From Lama guanicoe (Eukaryota): a DNA stretch of 64,000 nt. Shown one piece after another: positions 49,401 to 63,000 of the stretch. A program made the position numbers and the translations under genes. Each line of letters starts with the position of its first letter. The stretch's first letter is position 1. The DNA is taken from the NCBI GenBank assembly GCA_013239625.1, contig MU053379.1, positions 3,330,866 through 3,394,865 of the forward strand, in the 5' to 3' direction. The notes below the pieces were generated by a model. It searched no databases and had not been told where the DNA came from. It worked only from the letters and a program-made list of their open reading frames with translations.

Positions 49401-50537
49401 CAGGAGGGTCTTGAGGGAGGGTCAGGTGAACCTGCAGGAGGGGAGCTGCTGCGTGCTGTCTGCACCTGTCGTGTTTCATTCTCTTGCTCCTCTGGGTCTG
49501 CGTCAATAGCGCGGATTTACATATGGGAGGTAATTTTATTTTATCAAGTGTTTTCATGTCCACTTTGTATTTGTACCACCCATTGCAGAAATCAGATGCT
49601 TCTAGAGCTAGCATGTTTCTTAAATAAAACTAAGGGAAAAAAACAAACTTGGAATAGTAAGGTAAACAGAAGAAAAGAAAATCGTCTGTTATCCGACTCT
49701 TGAGTATAACCCTGTTGACATTGCGGTGTGTGGTGGTTAATGTTTAACATCCTGACAGTGTGTGGTGGGTGGTGCTGTTTGCATGCGTGGCTTCCTCATC
49801 CCCACTTGTCACGATGAACGTGCTTGCTTCCCCCCAGAGGTTCTGCATCACGCCCGACGGCTGCGCGGAGACCCCTGTGTGGCTGCGCCACCGTCTCTTC
49901 CACCAGGCTCCCGGTGCTGAACACTATGAGTTGTTTTTCATTTTTCCTCTAGTTTCAGAGCACACCTGAGCAGTTCAGGTTTTACAGCCACTGCTGTTTC
50001 CTGGGAGTGATCTCCTAGATGGGGCAGTACTAAGTCAGAGGGGGCTCTCGGGTCCTGCTCTGCGCTGCCTGCTCCCACCTGCGCGGTTGTCAGTTAACCA
50101 GGAGGAAGCAGCTTCCCCTGAGCTCTTTGTGAAGCGGGACACTGTCTACTTTTATTTATTTGTTTTGGAGCACCAGATTGAGAAGTGCAAATGACAGCCA
50201 ACTTCTGTTGTTCACTTGACCTTTGCATTACAGTTGAGGTCAGACTTTTCCCACCCATTTGTGAGCCATATGTAGCTCTTGTTTTATAATTTGCAGTTCA
50301 TGTTCTTTGCTCATTTTTCAATTAGGTTAGTAATATTTTTTTTCTTATTGACTTGTGGGAACTATTTTAATATAAATTTGTACAATTTGCTACAATTTTA
50401 ATCAGTTTGATTTTCACCTTTTATTTTTCTTAATGGTGTTTGGATACAGTCTTTTCCATTAATATCTTCATCCATCTATTTATGCATTTGAATATCACAA
50501 TTTATAAGTTTCTGGATGTAAATTAAGAGTCAGCCTA

Positions 50538-50639
50538 AAAAAATATGAAAACAAATATATGTATGTATATGCATGACTGTGATGCTGTGCTGTATACCAG
50601 AAATTGGCACGTTGTAATTGACTGTACTTCAATTAAAAA
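50538..50639 (+). mobile_element. Severely 5'-truncated young L1 (last about 100 nt) with 13-bp TSD
   Basis: tatatgtatgtatatgcatgactg...tgctgtataccagaaattg...ttgtaattgactgtacttcaattaaaaaa flanked by AAGAGTCAGCCTA at 50525-50537 and 50640-50652. Confidence 0.9.
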
Positions 50640-53600
50640 AAGAGTCAGCCTAGATGACTCCTAGGGTTCTAGATCTAGAACTTTGAGAAAACGCTAGTGG
50701 AATTGAGCCAGTTAATTCTAGGTGTCCCACTAAGTGTAATTCACAAGGTGATTATTTTGCACAAGATCTGTCAGCCTCAGTCATCCTGCAGGCAGTGTGC
50801 GCCTTGGCATGAATTCCCAGCACTTTTTCCTGGCTCCTGGGAGGTAGGAGAGTGAGGGACTAGTTTGTTGGCATTGACTTTGGCTGCAGACCTTGGAGAA
50901 CAGTCTCCAGTCGCCCCTGCCCCGGGCGCCAAATGTATGAGATGAGCGAGAGCCTTTGTCAGCTGACAGGTGAGCTGACACTGCACACAGTCCATTCGTG
51001 AGCACCACCAGGAGGCCATCTTTGGTGGCATTTTTCAGAGAGAGCACCCTCCTTTGCAGAGCCCCGGGCCCAGCGGGAGCATGGGGTGGGCATGGCGCCT
51101 GCTTGCTCTTCTCTGGGCTTTGGTTTCTGGGCAGGGCGGGTCTGGGTTCCTGTTGTCGGTGTCACACTGCAGGTCCCTTCAGACTGGGGCCTTCCTGCCA
51201 AGGGGCCTTTCCAGAGGGCCGCAAACAGCACATCTTGAGAATGCCTCGCAGGTGTTTTCCTGACTCTGCACGTGTTGCTTTCTGCTGGACTTTTGAGTGG
51301 ACCTTCTGACCGTTTGTTGTCTGAGGCTGACTTTTGTTTCTGTCCCTGCTCATCATTATCCCCTGTTTCTTGTCAGGTCCTCTGCAGATGACCCCCCGGG
51401 CAGATCTGCCCTCTCTCTGGGCTTCATGGTCCAGCAGAGTCAAGCCCATCATTCTCATGTCGTCGTGCGACCGTCAGAATCATGATAGATGTAAAATACT
51501 CATCTTTGAGAAATGATCTCTAGAATTATCTTAAAACATGAGTCCTTTTATAAACACTCCTATCAAAAAAGTAAGAGAAATCCTGGAGATGTGAGTGTTA
51601 AGATGAATAGGATAAGATGTATGAAATACATGAAAACCTGCAATGTCCCCAACACTCATGTTACCGTGGTCACTGTGGTTGAAAAAAAAAGGCTCTGTGT
51701 AGAGCTGCGGGCTGGTGTTCTCACCCAGCTTACAGGGGCTTGTTAGAAAGATGTTTGCAGGGTTATTATAGCAAGTTAGTTTGGTTCTTTTGAAGCCCAG
51801 TTGGAACCCAACTAAAGCAAAAGAAGCTCTTATATTAAGGGGATGTGTGAATCATTGAGGGACTGGTGAGAAGCCATGCGAGTTACTGACAGTCTAGAAC
51901 ATTCTCCATTGTCTGTAGGTTCTACAGTAGAAAGAGCAGAAACCTTCAACAGGCCTTTACAGCTTTATTCTTAAAATGTGTAAGACAGTGGTTGTTACGA
52001 AGTCATGCCAAGAAATTATTAGTTACAGTTAGTGCGTAAGTTCTTTTTGTTCATATTCTAAAATGTTTTTTATGTATCCAGGATTATTGGGCACACGGAA
52101 TGGGAGCTTAACTCTCTGTGGGAACAGACAAACCAGACCAGGACTGGCAGAGAGCTAGAAATGAGACCCACTAGGCTGGTCCAGAGAGCGTACTGACTGT
52201 TGGGAGGTGGCAGGTCCTGTCTTCTGGACAGATGCTGGTAGCAGATGTGGTGCAGTGGTCCGTGTGGGTCCATGCCGCTGGGGTTGGGGCATTTGGCAGC
52301 CAGTGATGGGGACCAGCCCTGGCCTGAGCTTCCAGGAAAAGGCTGTATCGTGAATCTCTGTCTGCAGAAACAGGGACTCTGTACAGGTCATTCTACAGAG
52401 TTGTTAACAATGAGAGTCAAACCCGAGGCCATCTTTATACAAACGGAGGAAAAGCTCCTGGTTACAGAAACTGGACAGACAGGAAGGCTAACCTGATGCC
52501 AGGTTCTTTGGTCAAGGAGGCTAGGACTCCTTAAGTCGCCTCCAGCCCCCAGGATAGGCCAGGAGTCCCAGAGGCCAGCTGGTCCTAAAGAGGGCTGGAG
52601 GCAGGAGCCTTGCAGGGATGTCGAGGCCGATGGTGGTGGCCTCGGAGTATGTTCAGAGCTGGACTTACAGGCTAGATCCCCCTTGTCTGCCTCAGGGACT
52701 CCCCCTGACTTCTTTCTTCACGGCCTCCTCCTTGGTTTGCTAGGAGGTTACATTGTTACTGTTTCACCCTGGACTGGGGGTGACCTGTGGGGCCTTGTCC
52801 AGCTCCTCACCTCACCTTGACCTGCAGGGTCTCGTGTCCACCCCCCACAGGCTGGGCTGGGCCCTGGCCTATGTTTGCTGCTGTAGTCAGCTCCATGGAA
52901 GGGGTCACACTGCCACAGAGGCTTTCCCTCGCAGCCCTGGGCAGACTTCCTCGTCCCAGCAGGAAGAGAGAGACACGTGTGCTCTGGCAGCCAGACGATG
53001 TCACCACTGGTCGTTCACCTCTGGTTCCCAGTGTGTGTCTACTTCCTGGGAAGAGTGCTGGCCTGAAGGTAACCAACACCGGTATTACTAACCTGTCCTG
53101 TTAGTGGCCCCCTTTTCTCCTCCTCTCAAGTGGGCTGTGGTACAGCTGCGCCCAGCTCCCTGCACAGGACGTGTGGGGCGACGCGGGTGAGACAGCTTGG
53201 TGCCCTCAGGAAGCAGACAGGCAGCTCGGGGCAGCTGAGTCCCCGCACTGCCCCAGACTGAGAGGCAAAGTGCAGCGCGCCTTTGTTCTGACTGAAGGCT
53301 GTGACCTCCAGCAAGACTCGTTCTCTCTTCACTCTGGTGTATCCTCCTCAGCCCCAGCCCCGACGTTTCTCCACAGTCTGCCCGTTGGGAGGAAGTTCAG
53401 GGGTTGTTTCTAGAATGGTGACACCACAGGGCCGTGTTTTTCCAGATCTCCTTCTCAGTCCAAACCAGCTCTGTCTTGGATGCCTGAAAAACAGGATACA
53501 TGTGAGAAAAGAGTAAATCTTGGACAAAGCAGCCCAGATTAACAGAGGTGGGCACGTCTCAGATACGTACCCCCAAGTAGAAAAACACTGCATTACATAA

Positions 53601-53848
53601 GCTTCAGTCTTCAAAAAATGTATTCTTGTGAATGTAAGTTGTTGGGAAGAATTAAATTACGCTGGAAAATAATCAGATGTTCTTTTATCTTGAAGGCATT
53701 TTAATTTCAGTTAAATGTCAGGAGGCAATTCATTCCTCAGTAAAGCTTGACCTAAAATATTCATATTTGTAGCCTGGGTCTTTGAGACCAAGGGGAACGT
53801 GGCTACTGTGTGTTTTTATGTCTTGGTGCTTTCTTTGACACCCGGCAG

Positions 53849-54014
53849 GCGGTAGCATCACTGGGAGGGGCCCTCTCAGAGGAGCAGGACGGCAGGTCGG
53901 CTGTTGGCAGCAGTGAGTCATCACGCGGGTCGCTGTCCACCAGGAGTGACAGGAGTGGAACAAAGGATGCAAAACCCGCTCTGTGGCTCAGCAGCTTTCC
54001 TACCAGGGGACAAG
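53849..54014 (+). CDS. KIZ: KIZ coding exon (about human exon 8), 166 nt, phase 0/1
   Basis: ttctttgacacccggcAG acceptor, AAG|GTAGCT donor. AVASLGGALSEEQDGRSAVGSSESS...KDAKPALWLSSFPTRGQ resembles recalled human ATALLRKALTEECGRRSAIHSSESS...KEAKPAVWLNSVPTREQ. Confidence 0.92.
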
Positions 54015-54845
54015 GTAGCTGTCCTTAAGGGTCCATCCAGCAAAAATGTGTTCAGAGTCAGCGTGACACCCCGTTTCCTGATGTGTGCCCGTCAGACAGC
54101 ACTGCCTAAGGAGTGCCTCCGATTCCGGATGCAGACCCTGCTACCCGTTTAGACCCCCTTCCCAAAATCGATGCTTTCAGCCAGTCTCACGGGAATGGGC
54201 AACCTGATTGCAGGTCTGCAGTTCTGCTGGTTGCCAATGAGGCGTGAAACCTTAACAAAACCAACAGTCGACAGTGGATACTTCTGATCATCCCACAGAG
54301 AGGGAGATGATTCCACTAAAATGATTCCATAAAGCCCTGTGAAGTTTTTGATAATAGAATTTACTCATAATTAGCGAACAATCTTTTTAATTATAATAGA
54401 ACTTTATAAAAGTCTAAACATGATTAAGACTCAATGAATTTATGACCCCTAAAATGTAATACCCAGTTTTTAGTATCTAGAAATTGTGATTATCGTAGCA
54501 TTGCTGTTAAGACATGCCCTAAACTGCTAGGGTGGTGTTTCCAAGACCCCGAGGAGCTGCTTAGGGCGTTCAGAACTTGATCGTGTGCACAGGCTCACTT
54601 GGGTTGAGCCCCACCCAGATTCGATGGATGTCAGGCTTAATTATTTTGCATGAAAGCAGTATGGAGATTTCTTAGCTTTTGAATAGGTTTTCTTTTAGGA
54701 GTAGTCTGTTTCGGACCAGAAATAAACTAACCCCAAAGAGGAGGTGGGGAGGCAATGAAAATCAAAGGAATGCAGCTAAAAAAACCAAAGGCCTGTTTCA
54801 GCAACATAACCCTGAAATGTGTTTTATCATGTGTTTGGTTTTTAG

Positions 54846-54911
54846 ATGTTTCAAGTATCTATGTAGACGAGAGCGAGGAGGAGAGTGTGGCAGCGGGGGT
54901 GCCGGTCACAG
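54846..54911 (+). CDS. KIZ: KIZ coding exon (about human exon 9), 66 nt, phase 1/1
   Basis: gtttggtttttAG acceptor, CAG|GTAACG donor. (D)VSSIYVDESEEESVAAGVPVT resembles recalled human EVSSGCGDKSKKENVAADIPIT. Confidence 0.9.
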
Positions 54912-56094
54912 GTAACGTCGTGGCTGAGGGCCTCAGAAGCGGAGTCAGCCTTCTTAGTCACCAGAACGTTCTGGTTCATGGTTGTGGACTCCGCTAAGAG
55001 CCAGCGCGTCCAACCGCCACGTGCTGGAGCTTCCGTGAGCGCTCGGGAAGGGGGTGGGTGACCATGTCTGCTGAGTTCTTCACAGTCGTGCTACACGTTC
55101 ACACACGTGAGCGCCCCCGGCATGAGCCTCCCAGCACCTGCATCAGGCTCTGCAGGGACACCCAGTCACTCTGGGGCAAACGACAGTTACTTCTGATTTT
55201 TCTTTTCCTTTCCTGTGATAATTGGATATGTACTGTCATAATAAGAGCAGGGAAAAGTGCCAGACAGGATGCTTGCTGGGGCCCCAGCTACAAAGCCCAT
55301 CTGAGCATTTAAACATTTCAGCGATGAGGTCTCCTCAAGACCCATTAAGACTTCTGCGCATGTGTTAGGCTTGGTTAGATGAGATCAAAACGTCCTCGCT
55401 TGTTTGAGTTTTAGGGCAGCCGTGGCGGCAGTTAGTATTCTGAGCAGACTTCTGTTTGGCGCACGTCGAAATTTACTAGTGCCTTATTTTGTAAAGTGGT
55501 GCGCTACTTCATTATAAATTCAGAAGTCTGACTTTAAATATTTATACAAGTAGATAGACCGGGGCATGGGGCACTGAGGCATGCGTCTGCATGTGTGGTA
55601 GTTTTGCGGTTTATAAGCAGAAAGAATGGCTTTCTTGTACGGCAGTACAATTCATGGCCTGGTGATTAATTTTTAAATCCATGTTTCTGTGATGAACTCT
55701 TTTTTTGAAAAAGGAGTTTATAGTAGAGCAATTATTGTGTATATTCTGCATCACATAGTATTTCACCCTAAAATACAGAGGTTTTCTTTTCTTTTAAACA
55801 TTTTCCCAGTGATATGTTTATTGCATTGTTATTCCTCATTTTGAGAAAACTCAGAGAGCTCCCCGTTGGGTTTTATCAATAGAATTAACCCAAGGAGCCT
55901 TTGGCGCTTCTCTTTGGCGTTTACCTTTGCGAGCGGCAGCAGCTGGCGGCCTGCTGGGGTCAGGAGGGCTTGCTGGGGAGACTGAGTTGCCTGCTCTGCC
56001 TCATCCGTTCAGTGTCCTTTCCAGTCGCCCTTCGCTGCGAGTCGGGGACTTTCCCCAGAATTAACGCAGATGCAGTTTACCCATGGGATTTAAA

Positions 56095-56430
56095 AAACTG
56101 AGGTATAATTGACTCAGTTGTCTCAGTGTCTGGTGGACACCATACTGACTCACTGTCTGCGCTGCAAGACGGTCAGTTCAGCACAGTCGGCCTAGGGAAC
56201 GCCTGTCACACTCAGGAACAGGTTTGTCTCCTTGGAATGAGAACTTGTAAGGTTTACTCTCAGCCGCGCTCAGATGTGCGGTGCAGTATTGCCAACCGTA
56301 GTCACCACGCTGCACGAGACATCGTCAGGACGTCCCGCTTTTGTAACTGGAAGTGTGTGCCATTGAACCCATCACCCGTGTCCCTTCCCCTCGCCTCCGG
56401 TACCCCCAGTCTGTCCTCTGTATCTGTCTC
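56095..56430 (-). mobile_element. Degraded L1MA-type 3'UTR end
   Basis: tgaggtataattgac...tgagaacttgtaaggtttactctcagc...tgtaactggaagtgtgtgccattga...cagtctgtcctctgtatctgt parallels the L1 3' end at 26400-26600. Confidence 0.65.
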
Positions 56431-57606
56431 AGAATTTCTTTGTAAGAGAGGAGATAGTGAAGTAGCAGGGTTTCAGATCTCTCCTCGTGTGGGAAGAGGT
56501 GCGATGTGCCTGGAAGTCGTAAGGGCTGTGTGCCGTGAAGAGTTTTAGAGAAAGTGTAATCCTAGTGTCCTGCCATTGACCCATCAGTAAAAAAATGCTT
56601 CCTGCCTGCTGTGCGCCAGAGGACTAGACACAGATAACCTGGGAGACATGCAGAGAACTTCCTGAGCTGGAGAGCCTCGGGTCCCGCCCCACGGCCACGC
56701 CCCCCGGGGTTGGTGTCGAGGGCTCGGGCGCCCAGCCGCCCGACGCCGTGACTGTCTGTGGTCACAGCTGCTTTGACCTCTTGTTCTTGACCTTGGTCTC
56801 GTCATTAAATGTGTGTGTCTTTTGCCATCATTATTTGGAGATTTGGCCTCTGGTAACGTAAGGCACGCATAGAGTTTTGATTTGAAGTAGAGTCTGCCTC
56901 CCACTCTATGACGGTTCTTTTGAGGCTTTCCTTCGTGTGGGGGCTGCAGTCCTTCTAGAATATTCCAAAGAAAGGAACATTCCAGAGGCTGCTTTGGGGA
57001 AACCACTGTCCTCACGAGAGGGAAGAGTGGTCCACAGAACGTTAGCCCTGCTGGCTGTTCACAGGAAGGGTTTCGTTTTCACATAGAAGAAAGTTATCTG
57101 AAACGAGTTCACGCTTGTAAATGGTTCATTGACAAGAGTCTTCTGAAAAGTCTCCACTGCGCACTGTGCAGAGGGCAGAGGTCCTGGGGGTCTGACCCCA
57201 GCGTGCTGTGGGGCCCACAGAGATGGCGGCCCTGCCCGGCGAGTCCCCCGGAGAGCTTTCAGGCCGGTCTAGCTGCACGTCCCCCAGGTGAGAGGTTCTC
57301 TGCCACCTGCTTGAACCACGGCAGGGAGCGGCTCTCCCAGGGCGCGAGGGGGGCTCTTATTTCTGGCAGCTCTGATGCTGCTTCTTATCTCAGTGCCTGT
57401 GGCTCTCATTCCCCAACAGTGAAGGGACCAGATGAGCCAGTGCTCTTGGTCATCTCGCTTCTTGCCTGCTGCTCCCCCCAGCGTAGGTCTTCTGGGCACA
57501 GGGCTCATCCTGAAAGAGTTTGCTGTCACTCTGAGGCGTCAGCCTTGTTAATCACCAGCATGAGACACTGGCTCCTCTCTGTGCTGACATTTACAAGACA
57601 TCTTTC

Positions 57607-57630
57607 TGCGCACGCGCGTGCGCGCGCACA

Positions 57631-57662
<32 letters not shown>
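57607..57662. repeat. Compound (CG)n/(CA)n microsatellite
   Basis: tgcgcacgcgcgtgcgcgcgcacacgcg followed by a pure CA run; 56 nt of unbroken pyrimidine-purine alternation. Confidence 0.95.
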
Positions 57663-57666
<4 letters not shown>

Positions 57667-58493
57667 GCGTTGCCACAGCCCAGGGTCTGTTAACACAATC
57701 CACACAGTCTAGCCCTTTCATTAGCCTAGTTGTCCACACTGAAGAATCCAGGTAGAATATCAGTAATGTGATTAGCTGTGACTGTGTGGTTTTCTGTACA
57801 TAATAAATAGAATATAGATTGCATATATATTTCACTTTTTACTTGGGCAGAGTCCTGAGAGTACCAGGGACAGCCAAAGCCTGGTCCCTTCCCCGCCGAG
57901 CCTCCGTCACCTCTGACCTGCGCAGCGGCCCTGCAGGTGAAGAGATCGTTCTGCAGACAGGCCAGGGTGAGGGCCCTACTCAGGGCCGTAGGATCAGTGT
58001 GTCAGGTCCTGAGTCACACTCAAACCTCAGGGTTCAAACCTGCAGCCCCTTCCATCCCGCCACCCTGCCCCTTTGGTTTTACCGGAGAGGCGCCTGTATC
58101 AGGGTGTCTGGACCAGCCAAACGTCAGTATGTGTCTTAACAAAAGGTGAGGTTTGCAAGGACGGTTTTGAGAGCAATGATGAACAAAGCCTAGAGGGGTG
58201 GGAGCTGGCGAAGACCTCCAAGTGAAGACCACCCCGGTGGCCCTGGTAAGGAGGGGTGAGCCTGAGGACATGAGGCCTGGGACACACGCAGGGAGCAGTG
58301 GGTCAGGTGTGTTTCCCTGGAGCACTTGGGCCGGGATGGAAGAGAGAAAGTCTCCCTCTGAACTGCTTATACCCCCAAAGTGAAATCTCCCACACTGGCA
58401 ATTTTATTTGTTTTTGTACTAAACTTACCTTTGAGTAAATTCAGAGAGTTTTAGTTTGAGCAAATGATGCAGCTTGTGCTAAATGTCATAAAA

Positions 58494-58558
58494 GCCCAGC
58501 CCCCAACATGGTGTCTGGCACACAGTGGGCACGCAGTTTGTCAGGCGAATGAATAAAA
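58494..58558 (+). mobile_element. L2 LINE 3' terminus
   Basis: cccagc...catggtgtctggcacacagtgggcacgcagt...gaatgaataa, characteristic L2 3' end. Confidence 0.6.
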
Positions 58559-59709
58559 ACGAGAGTATTAAGGAGTTTCCTTGATCACTTGTTGATTCAG
58601 GCCAGAATACTCTCAGTCACTCACTCCACCGACACTTTTCCCACCCCACGTGCCCATCCTGGCAAAACGCATCTCCTTAAGCTCCATGTGAAAAGGGCTC
58701 TCAGCTTTTATCTGGAGAGGATTAAGCCTCTAAGAATGTCCATTCAGCCTCTCATTCTTTTGACACCAGTTCTCTTGGTCAAGCTGTGTTGAAAGTGGCT
58801 GCCTGACTGCCATTTCTCACTGATACTCTTTGGCAAGCCAAAGTATTCAAGGTCATACGAGGTACGTCCACTTAGAGGCTTTGTGGGAGGTCAGCAGAGA
58901 CGTGAAGGGTGCCACTTGAGGTTCTGGGCAGTGCTTCCCCGAACGTTACTGCTTGAGTTTTACATCAGATTGGGGAAAGGCTGGAAATAGATGATGGCCA
59001 CATTGTCATTGGTGACTTGATTTATCCTGGGAGAGAAAAACTGGGGTGACAGCTTTGGACGGCTGGAGTCCAGGGGCATAGCACTTCCCTGCTGAGCCGT
59101 CACCGAGAAGCCGCATCACCTGTTCTGTCCCAGAAGTGCATAGTCAGTCAAGTCAGGGTGTCTGGGCTGTGCCTGGGGCAGGGAGCCCCCAACTCAGGCA
59201 AGGCCCCGGGAACCACCGTCTGCCGCTGGATTGTCCCTGGCCCTGCCCATGTGGCCCCGTCCCTGTGACAGGGGTTGGGCTAGTGGGGCTTCACCCCTGG
59301 GGCCTGCTGCTCACATAGCCAAGAACTCGTTGCTCAGGACGTGGCAGGCTGGTGCTGCTCTGTGCCATGGTCGTGGAGGAATGGGAGGCCCCTTTCTGCA
59401 GAGCGCTTGACTCGGTGCATTCAGGCAAGTGAACTCAAGGCGCCTGTGAAACTCCCGCAGCCGCTCAGCAGAACCCTGTGCCCCAGCCACACCCCCGACC
59501 AGTTCCCACGAGCCCCTGGGGGCCGAGACCAGGCAGCAGGCTTTTGTAACAGGTGACTGCCTGGGTTTGAGAACGTGGGGCTGGGGTCTCAGAGCTGGAA
59601 GGGCCCTTGTAGGTCACGTAGTGAGACAACCTCACTTGATGCAGGTGACTCAGGTGGAGAGAGGAGAGGCTGGGCTTTAGCTGTGTCACCACCACCAGGG
59701 ACAGGGAGG

Positions 59710-60093
59710 GTGCGCTCTGCCTGGGGCCGCCGTGACAGCCTGCACTTGCTCGGCTCCAGGGGCCCGAGCCTGAAATCAGGGTCAGCAGGCCCTGCGAGGC
59801 TCCCGGGAGGCCTGGCCTGCTCCCGCCCCTGGTGGCTCCTGGTTTGTGGCTCCAGGACCAGGTGACTCCACTCTCTGCCCCAGTCGTCACATCGCCTCCT
59901 TTTCTGTGTCCCTATGTCCTCATCCTGGCAGGACCCCGGTCACTGGATATAGGGCCCACCATAAATGCAGGCTGGTTTCTTCTTGAGAGCCTTAGCTGAT
60001 GCATTTGCTGGGATCCTGTTTACAAATAAGATCACATTCTGAGGTTCTCAGTGGACATGACTCTGGGGGGAAAACACTGTTCAACCCACTACA
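59710..60093 (-). mobile_element. MLT1C-like MaLR solo LTR, GC-shifted
   Basis: gagcctgaaatcagggtcagcagg...ctctgccccagtcgtcacatcgcct...cactggatatagggcccacc...aaataagatcacattctgaggtt...cactgttcaacccactaca. Confidence 0.8.
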
Positions 60094-63000
60094 GAGTATG
60101 AGGAGAGATTTCTTCTTTTTGAATTTCTAGCTCCTGGTTCATCTTGCACAGTGATTATTCCTTGCCCTCCTAGAGGTGATGATGATGCCAATATTGTCTT
60201 TATTTCCAGTTCTTCTCATTTTATAAATCATTGAGTGCAAACTGCTAAAAATGTTGTTTTTAAGAAACTATTTAATTATAGCAGTAACATACAGCTTCCT
60301 GATCAAGATAATCAAAAGTTAACAATCCCATGACCTTGAGGGTTGAAGATTCACCTCCCGTGACTGAGCATTGGTGAGTGGCAGCGCCATGGTTATGAGT
60401 TTGTGTGTGATTAGTATCAGCAAAACTGCTTCAGTTCAGTGTGGGAATGTTATCAAAGGCCCAGGGAAGCCTGGCATTTGACTTCAGGTGTGATTGTTGA
60501 CTTGCCCCGGAGACACTCGGAGTGTGATGTGGACACCCGCCCTCTGCAGCAGCGGCAGGCGGCGCACCTGAACCAGGAGCTGCTCTGCCCCGCACACCCG
60601 GGGCTGCGCACCAGGCCGGAGAGGCGCCGGGCGGGAGACACGCGGCCAGGCCCGCCGGTGGAGCGGGGGTTCCCGTGGGAGGTCTGGATGTGGAAGGGGA
60701 CTGCCTGTGGGCCCGGCCCGTGTGTCTCACATTCACATGGATGGATGGCATTAAAAACAAAATCCTGAGTGTAGATGCATCTTCTGTGTTTCAGGATTGT
60801 GGAAGCACCCTTACCCTAATGGCTTTGAGTAGATTACTGGACAAGTGATTTCTGTGTTTTAAGTAATAGTATCTTAAGAACTAATTTTAGAATTATATCC
60901 AACAATTTTTATTTCATTTTGCAAAAGCAACTGGATTTGCTGCATTAGCGACACATCTGGTGCAGTGTGCATAGAAAACTGACGTGCGCGTAAAGTACAT
61001 GGGGAGTAACAGCCCTGAGGGGCTCGTGGACAGAAAATATTTTTTGAAGTTGAGTTGAGAATTTCTATACATTTCTTACAGGAATGGTAATTATCGTTCC
61101 TGACTCAGAAGTGCCCAGCTATTTGTCAGTTCAAGGCCGTTTTTCCAGCTGTAGTGATAGTATTGTCCGCATCTCCTTTTGTTGTTCCCTTTCTGGGCCC
61201 AACTCTTCTTTTTTTCACGAGGGATTTCCGCGAAAGCCACGGCGGACCCTCTGCCTGCGAGCCACCCTTCCGAGGCTTGTGAACCGCTTGTTCATCTGGC
61301 TCTTGTAACGGGCTGTTAAAAGCACTTGTTCATCAGATATTCTTTTTCTTTTTCTCTGTAGATTTAGAAGTATTTTAGCAGGTGTACATTTGCATATAAA
61401 AGGACGACGGTAAGAAGTTGGGCTTTTTCTTTCTCTCCTCAGCATCGTCTCTCCTGCCCCCTTTTATTCAGCACGTTTTCACTTTCTGTTTCCATTTCCT
61501 AGACACCAAATGCATATCAAGAAGGGAAAAAACGTCTCAGTGATCATTCACCACTTTGCAGGAAGGTAGATGACTGGGTTCAGCCAGCTTATGTAACGAA
61601 GGAAGGAAAAATGAATTTACCTCCTTGTGTCATCAGTCTGGAATTGATAGCAAAGGTTAGATTGACGCCCCTGGCCCCCTTGCCTTACTTTGTATTTTAA
61701 GCTGCAGTGTTTCCTACTTTGGAAGCTAAATCCTGACGCAGCTCTGAGTATCGCCAAGCCCCCCGGAGCAGAGAGCCAGCGCGAGCTCTCCGGGGCACCT
61801 CGTCGACTGTCGTTGTCTCCTTAGAAATCCCTGTTTTCTCTCATTGTTTGCACTACTCAGCATCATTACTAACGGGAGGAAGTATTTCTCTGGAGTTCTG
61901 AGTCACAGGCTACCATGTGAAGCCTTGAGGGGCTGCGTGGTCCTCGAGTTGGCGGGCATAGGGTCCTCGCACCTTGGGCCTGTGTGACCCTTGTCCCCAC
62001 CCTGTCTGCAGCAGGCTGGCTGGAGCATCTCCATGTGCTCCCGTGGCTCCCGTCTCTCCCCTCACTCCTTTCATACCTGTGGGTTGGCGGGGCTACGCCA
62101 TGCGGCTTTTACCCACTTCATTCCTCACTGTCCTTCTTTCTGAAGAAGTCTGGGCCTGCCATGCCGCAGACCTCAAGGCCGGAGCCCTGCCTCAGTGCAG
62201 CGGGCATCCTGGCTGAGGCTTCTGGGCTGTTCCAGGAGAATGTCTGAACTGTGTGAGCTCCCCTAGCAGAACGTGCACTCTTGCCCCCAGAGAGCCTGAA
62301 GCCAGGGCCGTTTGGTGCAGGCAGCTCCGTCCTGCCCCCCCCGAGCAGCTGCTGTAACCTCCCTGGACGCTGTGGCCCGGCTCGGGCAGCTCTTCAGCTG
62401 AGAAGCCTAGACTGACACTAGCCTGTACCCCGTGGCTGAAGTTTCTCTAAGTGTTCTTGTGCCACTTTCAGTGAACACATGAAAAATTGCTCACTACTGT
62501 CTACTTTCAAGGCTGCAGCTATGTTCTGTTCAGCCTGTGCAACGTTTTAACTTCTAAAAGCACAAGTCCGGCAAAGCTTGGCCACTTTCCCTGCTGGCAG
62601 CCGTTGGCTGAGGCCAGAGGACAGCTGTCCCCACTGGACTGGGCACGAGGTCTCCAGCAGGCTGCAGGTCAGCCCTCCCACTGCTCCCCGAGCTGGGTCA
62701 CATCTGTCAAATGCATGCGGCCCCAGAGTGCCCACACTTCCAGACCTGCCCTGTCCAGCCTGTTCACAGAGCCTGTGTACCCGAGCCCTTCTTCCTTTGG
62801 TTCTGCACAGGCTGCAGTCTTTAACCTCTCCTGGTTATATTTTTAACCAAACTTTAATTTTGTTTTCCCTTTTTGTTTCATCTCAGTCCTTCACGTGTTA
62901 CTCTGTGCGGCTCTTCTGACCAGACGCTCTGGGCGCCGGCTGCTGGGGGTCCCTCCTGCTGCCCCGCGCGGTGTTCGCTCCTCCAGCTGAGCGCACTGAC

